This document shows, one piece after another, positions 48,500 to 62,658 of a stretch of DNA of 64,000 bases. The notes under the pieces were generated by a model that was not told where the DNA came from, made no database searches, and worked only from the letters and a program-made list of their open reading frames with translations. The first letter of the stretch is position 1. Each line of letters begins with the position of its first letter. The translations under genes and the position numbers were made by a program. This DNA is from Bispira polyomma (taxonomy: Eukaryota). The stretch is from contig OZ287756.1 in NCBI GenBank assembly GCA_965649765.1, positions 38,440,001 through 38,504,000 of the forward strand. The letters run 5' to 3'.

Positions 48500-51400
48500 A
48501 AATTAAGATAGGGCAATAAAATTTTATGTTAATATAATTGATATAATAATTTTGACGAATAAATGTAATATATATTTTAAAGTTACTGAATATGATGTAC
48601 CAATGTAAATTTGAACTAACTAATTTATTAAACAAGGTCATTCATTAAATTAACTAATAGAAATGCACTGATAAAAGGCACAGAAATGGGACAGGACATT
48701 ATTTAAACAATACAAGTGGTTTTAGTGGACCCTCTAAATGATTGAATGGTTGAAAAACAGTACCTTCTTTAAACAAGGAATCAGTGGACTGGTGCCCACG
48801 TATCGGAGCTGTTCAAGTTATGGACGGTCTTGAGACGGTCTTGGGACGGTCTTGAGACAGTCTACTTTGGTTGCAATGTGTTGTAGTGTATGTGTAACAA
48901 GAATGAAGTGACCATTGAAAAGAAGATGTTACTTTATAAAATATATATTACCCTAATTAAACAGTACTTTTACAAAAGCCATTTTATTTCATATTTTTGA
49001 CAACTTCATTACAGTCCACCATGGCAACAGGCTTATTTTGTTGACAGCAGAATGCGTAGAATCTCTATTTTTTTAACTTTGGTTGGAAGCTTCTGGCTAG
49101 TGTATAGTCATGGGATACAATATTTTGGTCACAATTATGACAAAAGTTCAATGGAAATCTCACCCTTTAACAACAGAGTAAATATTTTTACAAAGAATAA
49201 ATACTTTTGCATCTTCAAAAACTTTTGCAAATGTAAGGCCATTATTTAAATTAATAACTGTGAAATAAAATATTTTATATTATTGGTAGCTCACAGAAGT
49301 TGCTTTGTTTACCTACAACTCCATCTTGGTTGTTGAGGTCAATATTTGTTTGTATAGAGCGATTTCATTGGTTACTGTATCAGCAATTCTGATTGGCTGA
49401 TCACATACACGTGATGCTTCACAATAATTATTGCGTAATTGGGAAGCACATGGATTTATTTTGAATGCAAATTGAAGGGAATAATGGACGAAAGGTAAAT
49501 TTTTAGAAATGTTATTGCGGTTAAAAGACAGAATATATATATATCTATATATTAGGGAGTATATATTTGTATGCAGTACCATTTCCTGACATACATTTTC
49601 GTTTAAGAAGCAAATTGAAGGAATTAATATGAGACGAAAAGCAAATTTTAGAAATGCTATATGTATTTGTATGACAAAATAAAGAGTTTATCTTACTTGT
49701 GTTCCGAAATGTCCAGAAAAGGTCTTGCTTGTTTTAATAATAATAATCTGTGAGTATTTTCAATAATAATAAAGCAATTAGTCAGTCACGGTACCCCAAG
49801 TAACCAAAAGTTTATTTGAAGTGTAGAAATGGTGTACAACGAGGCAGGGTTATTTAGTTAATTATATTAAAAAATAAAATGTTATAAAACGAGTAATATA
49901 TATTCTTTCATATGTCTATATACTTTGCCAATACCTTCAAATTTGTTTATATTCGCAGTAACCAAAGTTGTGTGGTAAGTACACAGATAAACACGTGTTG
50001 ATGAATCTTATAATATACTTGCTGTCTAATACTTGGCATCGCTTTAAAGTAAAAATAATGTCTCAGATGGGACGAGTTCCTGATTGGCCGATTATAATAT
50101 AGATATATATAGCATAAAATTAGTCTGCCTTTGTAACGGCCCATTTGTATGTACTGCTGGTGTATATGGAATATGGTATTTTAATCTCCTCAATCATTGT
50201 TGCCGTTTCAATAAATGCTATGATTATAAACACAGACATACTTAACTCACATATTCAAACTACAATAAACTTGGATATCCATCTATTAATACTAAATGTC
50301 GAGAAAACAATATATATTTGAATGACGATTCTCAATATATTCTATCTATTTAGATTTCAATTTATCTTACTTTCCTAATAATAATAAAGCATTTCACCAT
50401 CGTTCTTCCATGGTTATATATACACACAGTATTGTCAATTTCGGGTGAAGGTCGTTGAATAATAGTAAACAACACGTTCATATCCATCTGTGTAGCTATG
50501 TCGTTGCATACCATTTCTACACTTCAAATTTCCTGGAATGGATTAATATACAGGTAAATTTTTAAATGCTATATGTATTTGTATGACAAAATAAAATATA
50601 TGCATTTGAAGCACATACTCTACTTTCAATCACAATAAAAACAAACAAAAACTATCCATCAATAAAACAGCTGATTAGGTTCCTTTAAATATCATACACT
50701 AATATATGTTAGTGTTATATATACTTTCTAATCCATGTGCTTCAAATGTATATACACACAATATCCTTATATTTAAAAATGATGAATTTCTTGTGCTTCA
50801 AATGGTCACTGAGTATCTATATACTGACAGACAAGTACACAGATGAAGTAAAAAATTGTTACAGATGGGAAGAGTTCCTGATTGGCCGATTAAAATATAG
50901 ATATATATAGCATAAAATTAGTCTGTCTTTGAAACGGCTCATTTGTAGTTACTGCCTGTGTATATCAACAGTTTAATATCCTTATATGGAAGTTGGTATT
51001 TTAATCTTCTCTCTCTAAGAGGTCTGGTCTTTGACCCGATACAATTCAGTTACTGAGCAAGCGCATTGGAAACGGCCCAGATTTTCAGCCAACCACCACC
51101 TCGCGTGATATAATGAGGTCGGTCGCCATCTTTGATCATCTGTTTACTAGTATTTAATTATTATTATTTAATAACCACAAATATGGTGGTTTTGAAGTCT
51201 CGCAAACTAAAGAAATTTTAATGGATTAAAGCAACTATATGTGCATATAAGGTGATTATTTTGTCAAACTTTCATATAATATTAATATTGTGATTGAATA
51301 AAGGCAATTTGGTTTCTATTCGCCACTTCTTACCCATCATTTTGAAAAATGGTATCTATTTTCTGTTTGATGTCTTCTAGTTTACAAAAAATCACACTGT

Positions 51401-53699
51401 AGTGTGGCGCCATGTAGCAGTCCAAACCAAAGTTAGAAGGGGTGCGTTCTCGCAAGTTACAAGAAATTACATAAAAATTACAGATATCCTGTCGGTATAA
51501 TATACATATATATTAGCAAACCCATGCTTATCCTTGTATATCTATCTGTGTTGACATGTCCATTGAATCGAGGAAAGATATAAGGAAAAATGTGGTAATT
51601 ACGAGACCAAAGTACTGAACGTATTTAACAAACAAATTAAAAAAAAAATAGATATAATATAAAATGGTCCTCGTCTTTAGTACCAAACAGTATTAAGTAA
51701 GAAAAATGAAGTACAAATTATATAAGGAGATGGTAGAAAGTACTGTCCCCAAAATTCAATTTTGTTGTTGCATAATCTACGATGTAAACATCTCAGATAA
51801 AAGAGAAACTCCCGTTTTACAGAAAATTAGGTGTTTCTTTAAAAGGAAAGATCTGTTTTAAACAATAGGTATCACACTAACAAGAGTTTTAACAATCATA
51901 ATTGACTAAACCAAGTGAAATCAAGGAAATACTTCAAATATTGGGCCAAGAAACCAGAAAATATACAGCATATGCTGTATGCATGTAACAGAATTAAAAA
52001 TATTTCATTGCAGTTAAGCCTCGTCTACTCCACCTTGACATTAAACTAAAGCATATCATCCTTGGATTGATAAATGTAACTCTCCAAAATGTGAGAATAT
52101 TGTAATAGTTATAGTAATGTATGCCATATTGTACATGGGTAAAGTGTAATATCAAAAAGATCAGTTGCAATGAAATTGAGATCAAACATATTGTAAAGGA
52201 ACACATTATTGTTTATAGCAACGTCTTCAAACTTGTATTCACAGACAAATGTTAATTAAACTTACTTACAATGTACAAAGAAAAAATCTGCAAATTACAG
52301 TAATTATTTATGGTCTCCTTAAATCATAACTTTGAAAATGGTAAATTTTTCTAATGTGATGGGACACAAGACCTTCTGAAGCAGTATCAAGTAAAACACA
52401 TAAAAACGTATTATTGTTATATTTGTAACTGACAGTTGTTGTTATCAATTATGATTAATGTATACAATCATGTATTTATAAAGTAAAAAAAACTTGCATA
52501 TATCAATGGGTTATTTTGCATCAATGATCAAAGGGCTTATAGTGGGCCATATTTCAGGTTCAATAATGGACTCCTATTTAGACGAAGTAATGTTTCCGTA
52601 TTTGCTTGTTTGGACTTTAAACATTGCTGATTGTATATTATGATATCTTGTTACACACAGTAATAGTGTATTGCTTATGTATTATAAATATCACTAGCTA
52701 ATATTTGTAAATATATAGATATAGGTAGATTATTGTATCTTTAATGTCTTAGGCTTGGATACCGCTACTGCCTCAGACATCATGTTTGGCCAATCCTGCT
52801 GATGTTTCGAAGGACTGGGTCAAGCAATAGTGTCATTTGCCTCTGTGACTGTCGCCTCTGATTCAGAAGACGACATGGTATGTTCTGCCATTTTCATTTA
52901 CATACTTGCCCTGCCGGAACAGTGAACGGATTTGCTAACCAAACATCATTCACATTTGTTGCTCCTGGTGTTGTGCATGTTCAGTCCCATAGTGGATTAT
53001 GCAGTAGATATCCAGTCTAAAACGATGTACAAGTGAAACAAAGACTTAAATATCAAACACTTTAAAATTCCTGGTTTAAAATACACGGTATATAGTCTGT
53101 AAAATCTTTACATTAGTTATCACCAAATAATTTTCGTCCTACACCCACCAAGGCTGAGTTTAATATGAAGCCTCTTGGGGCTTGTTTACTAGAACTGGGT
53201 GTTTTGGGCCATTGTGTTGCCCTAATTACATGCTAATGAGCAAAAGTGGGTTGCTTGTCCCCATTTGTGGGCGACAGCTTGTTCACCATAGTGCCCTCTT
53301 ATAGATTTGATATGACATGTAAAGTCAGCTTGGGTGATGGAGACCTGATGGTGCTCATACTTTACACATTCAACTTATTGTCACAAATAAATTCAATGGA
53401 ACTTCTCTTTGAAAAGAGATGGATATCGTGGATTAAGTTATTCAATGGACATCAAATCAACATCTATCTTAACCCTTCTAAAAATCGAAAATTAACTAGA
53501 AATAGGACGCCCTGTTAAGAGTAGCTGCAACATATGAAAAGAAACAGGATAGCATAGAAGAACACACATTACCATGTGTAATGTCCACCCCATGAACCTT
53601 TTGGAACAATTGCACAGTAGTCTTACAGGCATGTTTTGTTTGTAAAATATATTAACGATGCTCCAAAATTTATTAATAGGCATGTAAATTATTTCAACT

Positions 53700-53990
53700 G
53701 CACGGACAAAATGTAGTCGGACAAAATACCGAGGGGACAAAACGGCAGTCAAAATTGCAAGGGGGACAAAATGCTGTCTAACTAAATGGTACATAACACA
53801 TTTACACAAGCACTGCCTAGTAGTGTACACCATGTAACAGATTCCTGAAAAAAGCCCAGGAAAAATGTCCATCAAGTGAATCCCATCAGCTCAGGAAAAT
53901 TGTCCATCAAGTGAATCCCATCAGCAAAAAATCCCATCAGGAAAATTGGCCATCAGCTAAAGTGATGGGTGGAAAAATTGGCCATCAATT
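53700..53990. repeat. Subterminal-repeat arrays of non-autonomous DNA elements
   Basis: GGACAAAA x4 and CCATCA-containing repeats. A similar GGACA.AACCC.ACT array lies at about 63640-63740. Confidence 0.5.
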
Positions 53991-54095
53991 TTGCAAAATT
54001 TCTTCACAACAGATAATTTAACTATTATTTATAAAAATCTGATGTAAGGTAATGATAAACGACATTTACAATTGATTAAGGTGTGTGAGAGTAAT

Positions 54096-54870
54096 AACAA
54101 ATTGCTCTATCTCGCACGATTCAGGAGATAGAAGCAAATTTGTGTTTTTCCAGTTTTGGCAAAAATTCCAAATTTCAAAATGGCCGCCTTTTTTGGGGAG
54201 AGGAAAATTTTTTGAAAATTGCCTATAGTACATTTTTAGATACCCTGTGGGTCAAAAATTTCGACGAAATCACTCTATCTCGCATGGTTAAGGAGATAGA
54301 AGCAAAATTACGTTTTTCCATTTTCGGCAAAAATTCGAAAATTCAAAATGGCCGCCATTTTTGGGGAGAGTAAAATTTTTTTCAAAATTGCCAAGAGTAC
54401 ATTGCTTAGATACCCTGAGGGTCAAAAATTTCGACGAAATCGCTCTATCTCGCACGGTTTAGGAGATAGACATATTTATGTTTTTTGCTATGTAGCTATT
54501 ACTACTAAAAGTAGCTAAGTAGCTATTGCTGAGTCAGTTATATAGCTATTATCACTAAAAGCAATCCCAAGCAAGCTATTGACCTAACTATTGGTCATAC
54601 CAAATTTGGTAAAGATATGTCAAATATTTTTCCTTAAAATGCACGGAAACAAAAGAAGTATATAAAAGTAAGTAAGTAGCTATTACTCAGTTAGCTATGG
54701 AGCTATCTTCAATCCCATGCAAGCTATTAACCCAATAAACACCCATACCAAATTTGGTAAACATAGGAGAAATACTTTTCCTTGAAATGACCGGAAACCA
54801 AACGTGACGGACGGCGGACGCCGGAAAAAGCAAAAATAATATGTCCACCCCCCAATGGGGTGGACATAAA
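54096..54870. mobile_element. Helentron-like non-autonomous element with ~170-bp internal satellite units and terminal hairpin
   Basis: CTCTATCTCGCA.G...AGGAGATAGA units at about 54103, 54272 and 54442. Hairpin ATGTCCACCCC/GGGGTGGACAT at 54841-54868. Confidence 0.65.
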
Positions 54871-57800
54871 TATATCAAAAATGGCCTTTTATTTTCTTTA
54901 CATTGTAATCTATATTGTATGTCTATCTTATGTTTTGTTAAACAGTTTACTATATTGTATTTTGTCTTAAGATTCTTTTACAGATGTGCTGTATATATTG
55001 GGCTTTGTTAAATGCTTTACTGTGTTGTGTTTTGGCTTTAATTTTGTAAAATGTAACACATGTAAAACTTTATATATGTATATTATAGTTTTAAAAAAAA
55101 ATATTCCATCATTAGATGTATAGCCTACGTTCGGACTCTCGCCCCAAATTGCTAAGGGAAGTTGATAAAATTGCGTTGAAAAGATTGCAGTGTGGGTGAA
55201 AGTCCCTTTGCAGAGTGGCTACCCACGTCTCACATTTCAAGGACATTACACTTCAATTAGAGACTTTATTGCCTCCCAATTACATTCAGAATTAAACTTC
55301 TTTAGTTTCCTAGGTTTGATAAAAACATCAACAAATCAGCAACAAGCAGACCCATTAAAATATCCGAGTGACTTTATCAACTGACAAAAGAAATCAGTAA
55401 GTAATAAGGTTTTTGCGTTTCTGGAATTCGTCTGTTTGGTGTTAATATAGTCTACATCATCAGACTCTTCAACAGGAGAGGTGCAGCTTTCTGAGCTGTG
55501 CTTATTGTATGTCAATTTTGTCTTGGTAAACCCTCAAAGTCAGCTTCCAATCAACTAGAGTTGAACAAGTAAGCCAAAGATTATGGAATTCGTTTGCATT
55601 GCATCCCACAGTTAAATCATGGCTCCCCTTTTAATATACGATGTAGCTTTTCAAAGTGCCGACTCGATAGGGGCATCAGAAATGGGTCATACTTCGATGC
55701 AGACTCTCAGAAACAGGAAATTAATTTCCATGGCAAAAAATGTACACATTATCGTGTGTGAATGTCCCCCACCTGAGTCAGCCCATACCCACTATTTAGA
55801 ACGGACCCAAATTAATCCCATGCAAACTATAGCCATATTAAACACATGTATTAAATTTGGTAAAGATAGGTAAAATACTTTTCCTTCAAATGAGCGGAAA
55901 CCATTTTCACAATAAACGTCATAAAAGTATATGTGTAACAAAAATGAAGTGACCACGGAAAGAAGATAGTGTATAGTCATGGGATACAATATTTTGGTCA
56001 CAATTAGGACAAAAGTTCAATGGAAATCTCACCCTTTAACAACAAAGTAAATATTTTTACAAAAAATAAATACTTTTGCATCTTCTGTCAAAATGTGAGG
56101 CCATCATTAAAACATATTTTATATCTTTTAGTATTTCACAGAAGTGGCTTTGTTTACCTGCAACTCCATCTTGGTTGTTGATGGTCAATGTCTGTTTGAT
56201 GCTTCATAACAATAAATATTGCGTAATTGGGAAGCACATAGAGATGAAGTAGCTGGGATATATGGAATGCAAATTGAAGGGATTAATATGTTTAAGTCAT
56301 ATAATTGCAACAAAAACTGTGTAAGCAGGCCTAATATACATAAGGTAAATATTATTTACGTTTTATTTAAGGAAATTACATACTACAGTCTTTTTTTATT
56401 AATAGCTTTTTATATTGAGTCTGGGATTTTTATTAATGGCGAACATACATGACGATCATAAGATGCAATATATATCAGGGTCTGTATAGTAAATTCCTTT
56501 AATTACAGTACCAGGTAAGATATTATTTTCTCGACATATACCTGGACATAATTCACATTTTTAAACTACATATATTCTATCATATATCTATATACCTTGG
56601 AAGTAAACAATATACGTATCTATATTAGACGGAACCAATTAACGAAACTTCCTGATAATGGCTTTGACTCGGGAATATATATTAGTGTATGATATTTGAA
56701 GAATAAGAATAAATGGAGCGTAGAAATGGTGTACAACCAGGCAGGGTTATTTAGGTAATTATATTAAAAAATAAATTGTTATAAAACAAGTAATATATAT
56801 TCTTTCGTATATCTATATACTTTGCAAATACCTTCAAATGTGTTTATATTCGGAGGAACCGAAGTTGTAGTAAGTACACAGATAGATAAACACGTGTTGA
56901 TGAATCTTGTAATATACTTGCTGAATAATAGTACTCAGTATCGCTTTGAAGTAAAAATAATGTCTCAGATGGGGCGAGTTCCTGATTGGCCGATTATAAT
57001 AGATATACATAGCATAAATTAGTTTGCCTTTGCAACGGCCTATTTGTATGTACTGCTGGTGTATATGGACAGTTTAATATCCTTATATGGAAGTTGGTAT
57101 TTTAATCTCCTTGATCATTGTGGCCGTTTCAATTAATGCTGTGGTTATATATGCAGATATACTTCACTCACATATTCCCGACATACGTTTTTGTTTAAAA
57201 AGCAAATTGAAAGGATTAATATACAGGTAAGTTTTAGAAATGCTATATGTATGACAAAATAAAGAGTATATCTTACTTATGTGTGTCCAGTAAGGGGCTT
57301 GCTTTTATATAATTTTATTTTCACTATGTTTCTTCCTTGTATATATTCTTGTATGATTGTTGCCATTTCAATTAACCCGCCTGAGAGGTCTGACCTTTGA
57401 CTCAATATGCTTAAGTTAATGCGCACACGCATTGGAAACAGCCCAGATTTTCAGCCAATCACCATCTTGCATGATTTGATTAGGTCAGTCGCCTTATTGT
57501 GATCATTTGTTTACAAGGTATTTATATACAACAAAGATGGCAGTTTCAGAAGCTATCGAAGTCTTGCAAACTAAAGAAATTTCAATGTTAATACATTAAA
57601 GCCACTTTTTTGAGCATATGAGGTGATATTTTGTCAAAGTTTCATATAATAAAAATGTTTTTATTGAATAAAGGCAATTTCTTCTCTTTTTGCCACTTCT
57701 TGTACATCGTTTTAAAAAATAGAATTACACAAATAAAAGACTGTAGTGTGGCGCCGTCTAGCAGTCGAAACCAAAGTTAGAAGGGGTGTGTTCTCGCAAG

Positions 57801-60800
57801 TTACAAGAAATTCCTTAGAAAATAAGATATCCCGTCGGTATAGGTATATATATATCATATATACTTGCAAACCCATGCTTTTCCTTGTATATCTAACTTT
57901 GTTGACATGTCCGTTGAAGCGAGAAAAGATATAAGGAAAAATGCAGTAATTACGAGACCAAAGTAATAAAAGCATTTAACAAACAAATTTAAAAAAATAG
58001 ATATATTATAGGATGGTCATCGTCCTTAGTACCAAGCAGTATTAAGTACGAAAAATGAAGTACAAATTATATAAGGAGATGGTAGAAAGTGCTGTCCTAA
58101 AAATTGAAATTTTGTCCTAACCTAATCTACGTTGTAAACAACGTCGATAAAAATAATGACTAAAAAATGTGACAGACACGTATGCACCACAATACATTTT
58201 ATAATCAACTTGTAAAATGTTACATGTTAATGAAGATAAGAGGGCTGTGTTCTTATTTTTTTGTAAAAATGGGCAAATCCTTTAGGGAGCCAGATTCTTA
58301 TTTTCGGTCATCTATAAACAAAATAACAAGAGTTAAATTTATTATAACTATGTACATATATAATTGCATATTTATATATTACAATTTTAATTATATTGTA
58401 CACTCAACCAAGCTATGCATTAATTCCATAACAAGAAGAGAGTGGGAGTGGCCCTGGGGGACCACATCAGCCGATAACCTTGTATCAGAACAGACATATA
58501 TAATAGTTGAATGTTCATCTAGTGAGTGACTCCTTTCAAGGTATTTTTATTTTGTAAAATGTATCAAAAAGTATATGTATCTAGCTTTTTAAGCATGCAA
58601 TTAGCAGATCTCTATCAACTTTACCTACTGTGATATGAGTATTTAATTAATAACACAGACTCTTAACAGTACTGTCACAAATCTAGATTTAGACGTCGAA
58701 AAGTACGAAAATAGTGGAAGAGAAGATGAAGTTGTATTGCCCAACTAGTTTCTACAAAACATGTTATATTTTCGCTCACCCTAATTAAACAGTACAAATG
58801 CCATTTTATTTCAATATTTTGGTCACAATTATGACAAAAGTTCAATGGAAATCTCACCCTTTAACAACAAAGTAAATATTTTTACAAAGAATAAATACTT
58901 GTGCATCTTTTGTCAAAATGTGAGGCCATTATTTAGATTAATAACTGCGACACAACATATTTTATATCTTTTGGTATCTCACAGAAGTTGCTTTGTTTAC
59001 CTACAACTCCATCTTGGTTGTTGATGGTCAATGTCTGTTTGTATGGAGCAATTTCATTGGTTACTGTATCAGCGATTCTGATTGGCTGTTCAGTCACGTG
59101 ACGCTTTATAACAATAAATATTGCGCAATTGGGAACACATGGAAAAAGTTGAAGACAATAATGGACGAAAGGTAAATTTTAGAAATGTTATTGTATATTT
59201 GTCTGACATAATAAAGAGTTTATTATGTTATTAGATTACGCTTTCTTGTGTTCCAAAATCTTGCTTTTTTACTTCGAAATCAGAAATTAAAGCTTATTTA
59301 GGTTATTTAACAAAATCGAATTGTGAAGCCATATTTTCTAAATTGCGCACATATCAGCTGATATTCTGAGCGGCTAGAAGACAGATCATATATATCTATA
59401 TTCTTGAGAGTATAATGAAAATTAGGTCGATCGAGTTATGGAAATAACATGAAGATATAAGGTAAAGTATTGTTTCTTACTTTTTTTGAGATTTACATCC
59501 ATTTAATATTTGTTGTAAACAATGGCTCGATATATCGTTGGGTATTGTTGATTCGAGGGTCTTGTAAATTTGATATTTGCCATTTTTCTTCAAAAACCAG
59601 ATGTGTTTTATATCTCTTACATTACAAAATAATATTTTAACAACTCAAAATACAGCTTCAAATTTCGCAAAGAACGATCTTTTTCAATGTGAAATAAACC
59701 CATGAAGAAATGGTTAGAACTGGCGAATCTACCAGACACAAGGCTATATACTTTCTATTTGTCAAATGGTTTATGAAACGTCATAATGATGTCAACAGAA
59801 CTACTCCGCCATTAGCATTGTCCAGTAAATACCACGTGTATATCTATGCACTTCTTTTTTTATTAATGGATATGTATATACTTGGGGTTTAAAAAAAAAG
59901 GCGAATATTAAACAGTGTATTATAAAATGAAAGGGATATCAAGTAAGTAGTTACTGTATATTTATTCCTTCAATTTTCGTTTTAAACAAAAACGTTGAAG
60001 CGTAAAAATGGTATGCAACGACACGTGTTGTTTACTATTCTGCAACGACCTTCACCCAAGTATTTCCATCTGTGTACTGCATGAAGTATGTCGAGAAAAC
60101 AATATATATTTGAATGACAATGCTGTCTGCATATTGCCCCTGATATATCCTTCTATTTTCGTTTTATTTGTAGTTGTATACAATTAAATATAGTTCGTGG
60201 ACATCTTACTTCTTACTAATTCGACAAAAATGCCCAACATATATTACCTTGATACGTAGAAATGGTGTATTATGACGTCTTTATTAGAAGGAAGCAATTA
60301 ACAAAACTTCCCTAATGAGGCTTTGATCTTTTGACTTCAGAACATATATTAGTGTATGATATTTGAAGGAAGCAATTAACAGAACTTTTCACTGAGATAT
60401 ACAGGCAGGGTTATTCAGTTAATTATATTAAAAAGATTGTTATATAAAACGAGTCACATATATTCTTTCGTATATCTATATACTTTACCTTTTAAATCTG
60501 TTATATTTGCAGTAACCGAAGTTGTGTAGTAGTAAGTACACAGATAGATAAACACACGGTCCATTTGTATGTACTGCTGTTTTATATGGGCAGTTTAATC
60601 TCCTTATATGGAAGTTGGTACTTTTCTTATGCTTCAATTAACCGGTCTGAGAGGTCTGACCTTTGACTTGATATGCTGAAGTAATGTGTATGCGCATTGG
60701 AAACAACTCAGATTTTCAGCTAATCACATGATATAAGTAGGTCAGTCGCCATATTTGTTTGTGTGCAAGTATATTTATTAACAACAAATAATGGCCGTTC

Positions 60801-62610
60801 CCAAAGCTATGGAAGTCTCGTAAACTAAACAAATTGTGATGGATTAAAGCAACTATATGTGCATATGGGGCAAGATATATATACATACATTTAAGGGTAC
60901 ATCTATTGAGATTTCCATCCATCTTGCTTTCCTACTAATAATGAAGCATTTTTAAGTTTTTGCTACGCACGTAGTTGAAATTTATGTACTAGTACTGAGT
61001 ATCTGAATACTAAAATACCAATAATAAAAAAAACACTGTAGTGTGGCGCCGTCTAGCGCTCGAAACCAAAGCAAAAAAGCGTGTGTTCTCACAACTTGGA
61101 GCAAGTTACATGAAATTTACAGGTATCCCATCGGTATAGGTGTATATATATCATATATATATCTTCAAACCCATAGTTTTCCTTGTATATCTAACTTTGT
61201 TTACTTGTCTGTCCAAGCGTGGAAAGATATAAGGAAAAATGCGGTAATTACGAGACCAAAGTACAAAACGCATTTAGCAAACAAATTAAAAAAAAAAATA
61301 GATATATTATAGGACGGTCATCATCCCTAGTACCAAACAGTCTTAAGTACAAAAAACGAAGTAAAAATTATATAAGGAAATGGTAAAAAATGCTGTCCTA
61401 AAAATTCAATTTTCCTTATGGGATAATCTAGATGTAAACATCTAGATAAAAATTGGCATTTAGCAATTTGGAAATACAGTCATAATTTAGTTAAGAAAAT
61501 TATCATCACTTTTTTAATAGAATTGAAATTGGTAAAACCTATCATAAAGTACATACAAAGAGCTTTTTGGTCATACTAAACCAAAAACTTTAGGTTAAGT
61601 ATTTGTCTAGATACAGTCATTAAATCAATTTTCAGGCATAAAATAAGAGGTTTTGCGCGAATGTCAAAGTTTTAGTTGTAACCCACAACATCTGGGTCTC
61701 ACAAACTTTAAAAGTTATACGAATGAATTTGTAAAAAGGAACTGTTATTAATTTCTACGTGGAAAAAAACCCCCAGAAGTGCACTAATAAAAGTTTCTGC
61801 AATTTGATATCTAACTCAGTCCCATATATTTTAAGAAACTCGGCCCCATATATTACCCAAACTAGACACTTACTTACATCTTCTTCAGTTTCAAAGTACT
61901 CACTAGATTGTGGTGTGATTATTAGATTGTCTGCGAGTAAAAAAAAATATGTAATAATAAAAATGTGTACCTAGCTGTATTTTTGTTACGTATATAAATA
62001 TGACTAAACTCTCCAGTTTTCCAAAAAAAATTAAAAGATTTTCTCTTTGTAGTAGAAGTAATACAAAAGTAATAGATTTGCTGAAGTTTCAAAGTAATAG
62101 TAATTGATTTGAAAATTTTAAATGTAATAGTAATAGATTGCAAAGTAATAGATTTTATCTATTACTTTCATTGTTTTAATATGAAACATATTTTATCTAT
62201 TACTTTCATTGTTTTATTATGAAACATATTTTATTAGGCACAGAAATTGTGACACTGTATGAAGAAAAAAAATTCTAAGATTTACACTTACAACACTCAC
62301 AACACCAAGATTTGAAGGATATTTAAATAAATCCTTTTCATCATCTACCTCATGGACAAGGGACATTTGCCAAAGTTCATTCACCTTTTCAAAATTATTT
62401 CATGTTAAAAACCCATATAGATCTATTTGGATTTTTCACAACTTAAAGGATCTTTTATTTTTTATTTAGTACATTAGAAAACACTTTTTAAAGACAAAAA
62501 ACCTTATATGAACAAGATAATAATGTTTACATACTATTGATAAGTAAATGTTTGTCTTTGTTGCTACCACATTTTTTTAATGTAAGCCTTTTAAAAGATG
62601 TCCATTTAAG

Positions 62611-62613
<3 letters not shown>

Positions 62614-62656
<43 letters not shown>
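62614..62656. repeat. (AT)n microsatellite
   Basis: About 21 AT units. Confidence 0.95.

Positions 62657-62658
<2 letters not shown>

Larger units (their letters stand above)
48940..61450. repeat. Three diverged copies of a ~2.2-2.9 kb composite unit (about 48940-51800, 55970-58150, 58770-61450)
   Basis: Modules recur in the same order in each copy: GGTCACAATTA.GACAAAAGTTCAATGG, then GGCAGGGTTATT, then GAGGTCTG..CTTTGAC...TAGTACCAA. Confidence 0.85.

Noticed and set aside
52750-53030. GC-richer patch with possible splice sites (exon?)
   Set aside because: All three plus-strand frames contain stops between the putative sites, and no domain is recognisable.
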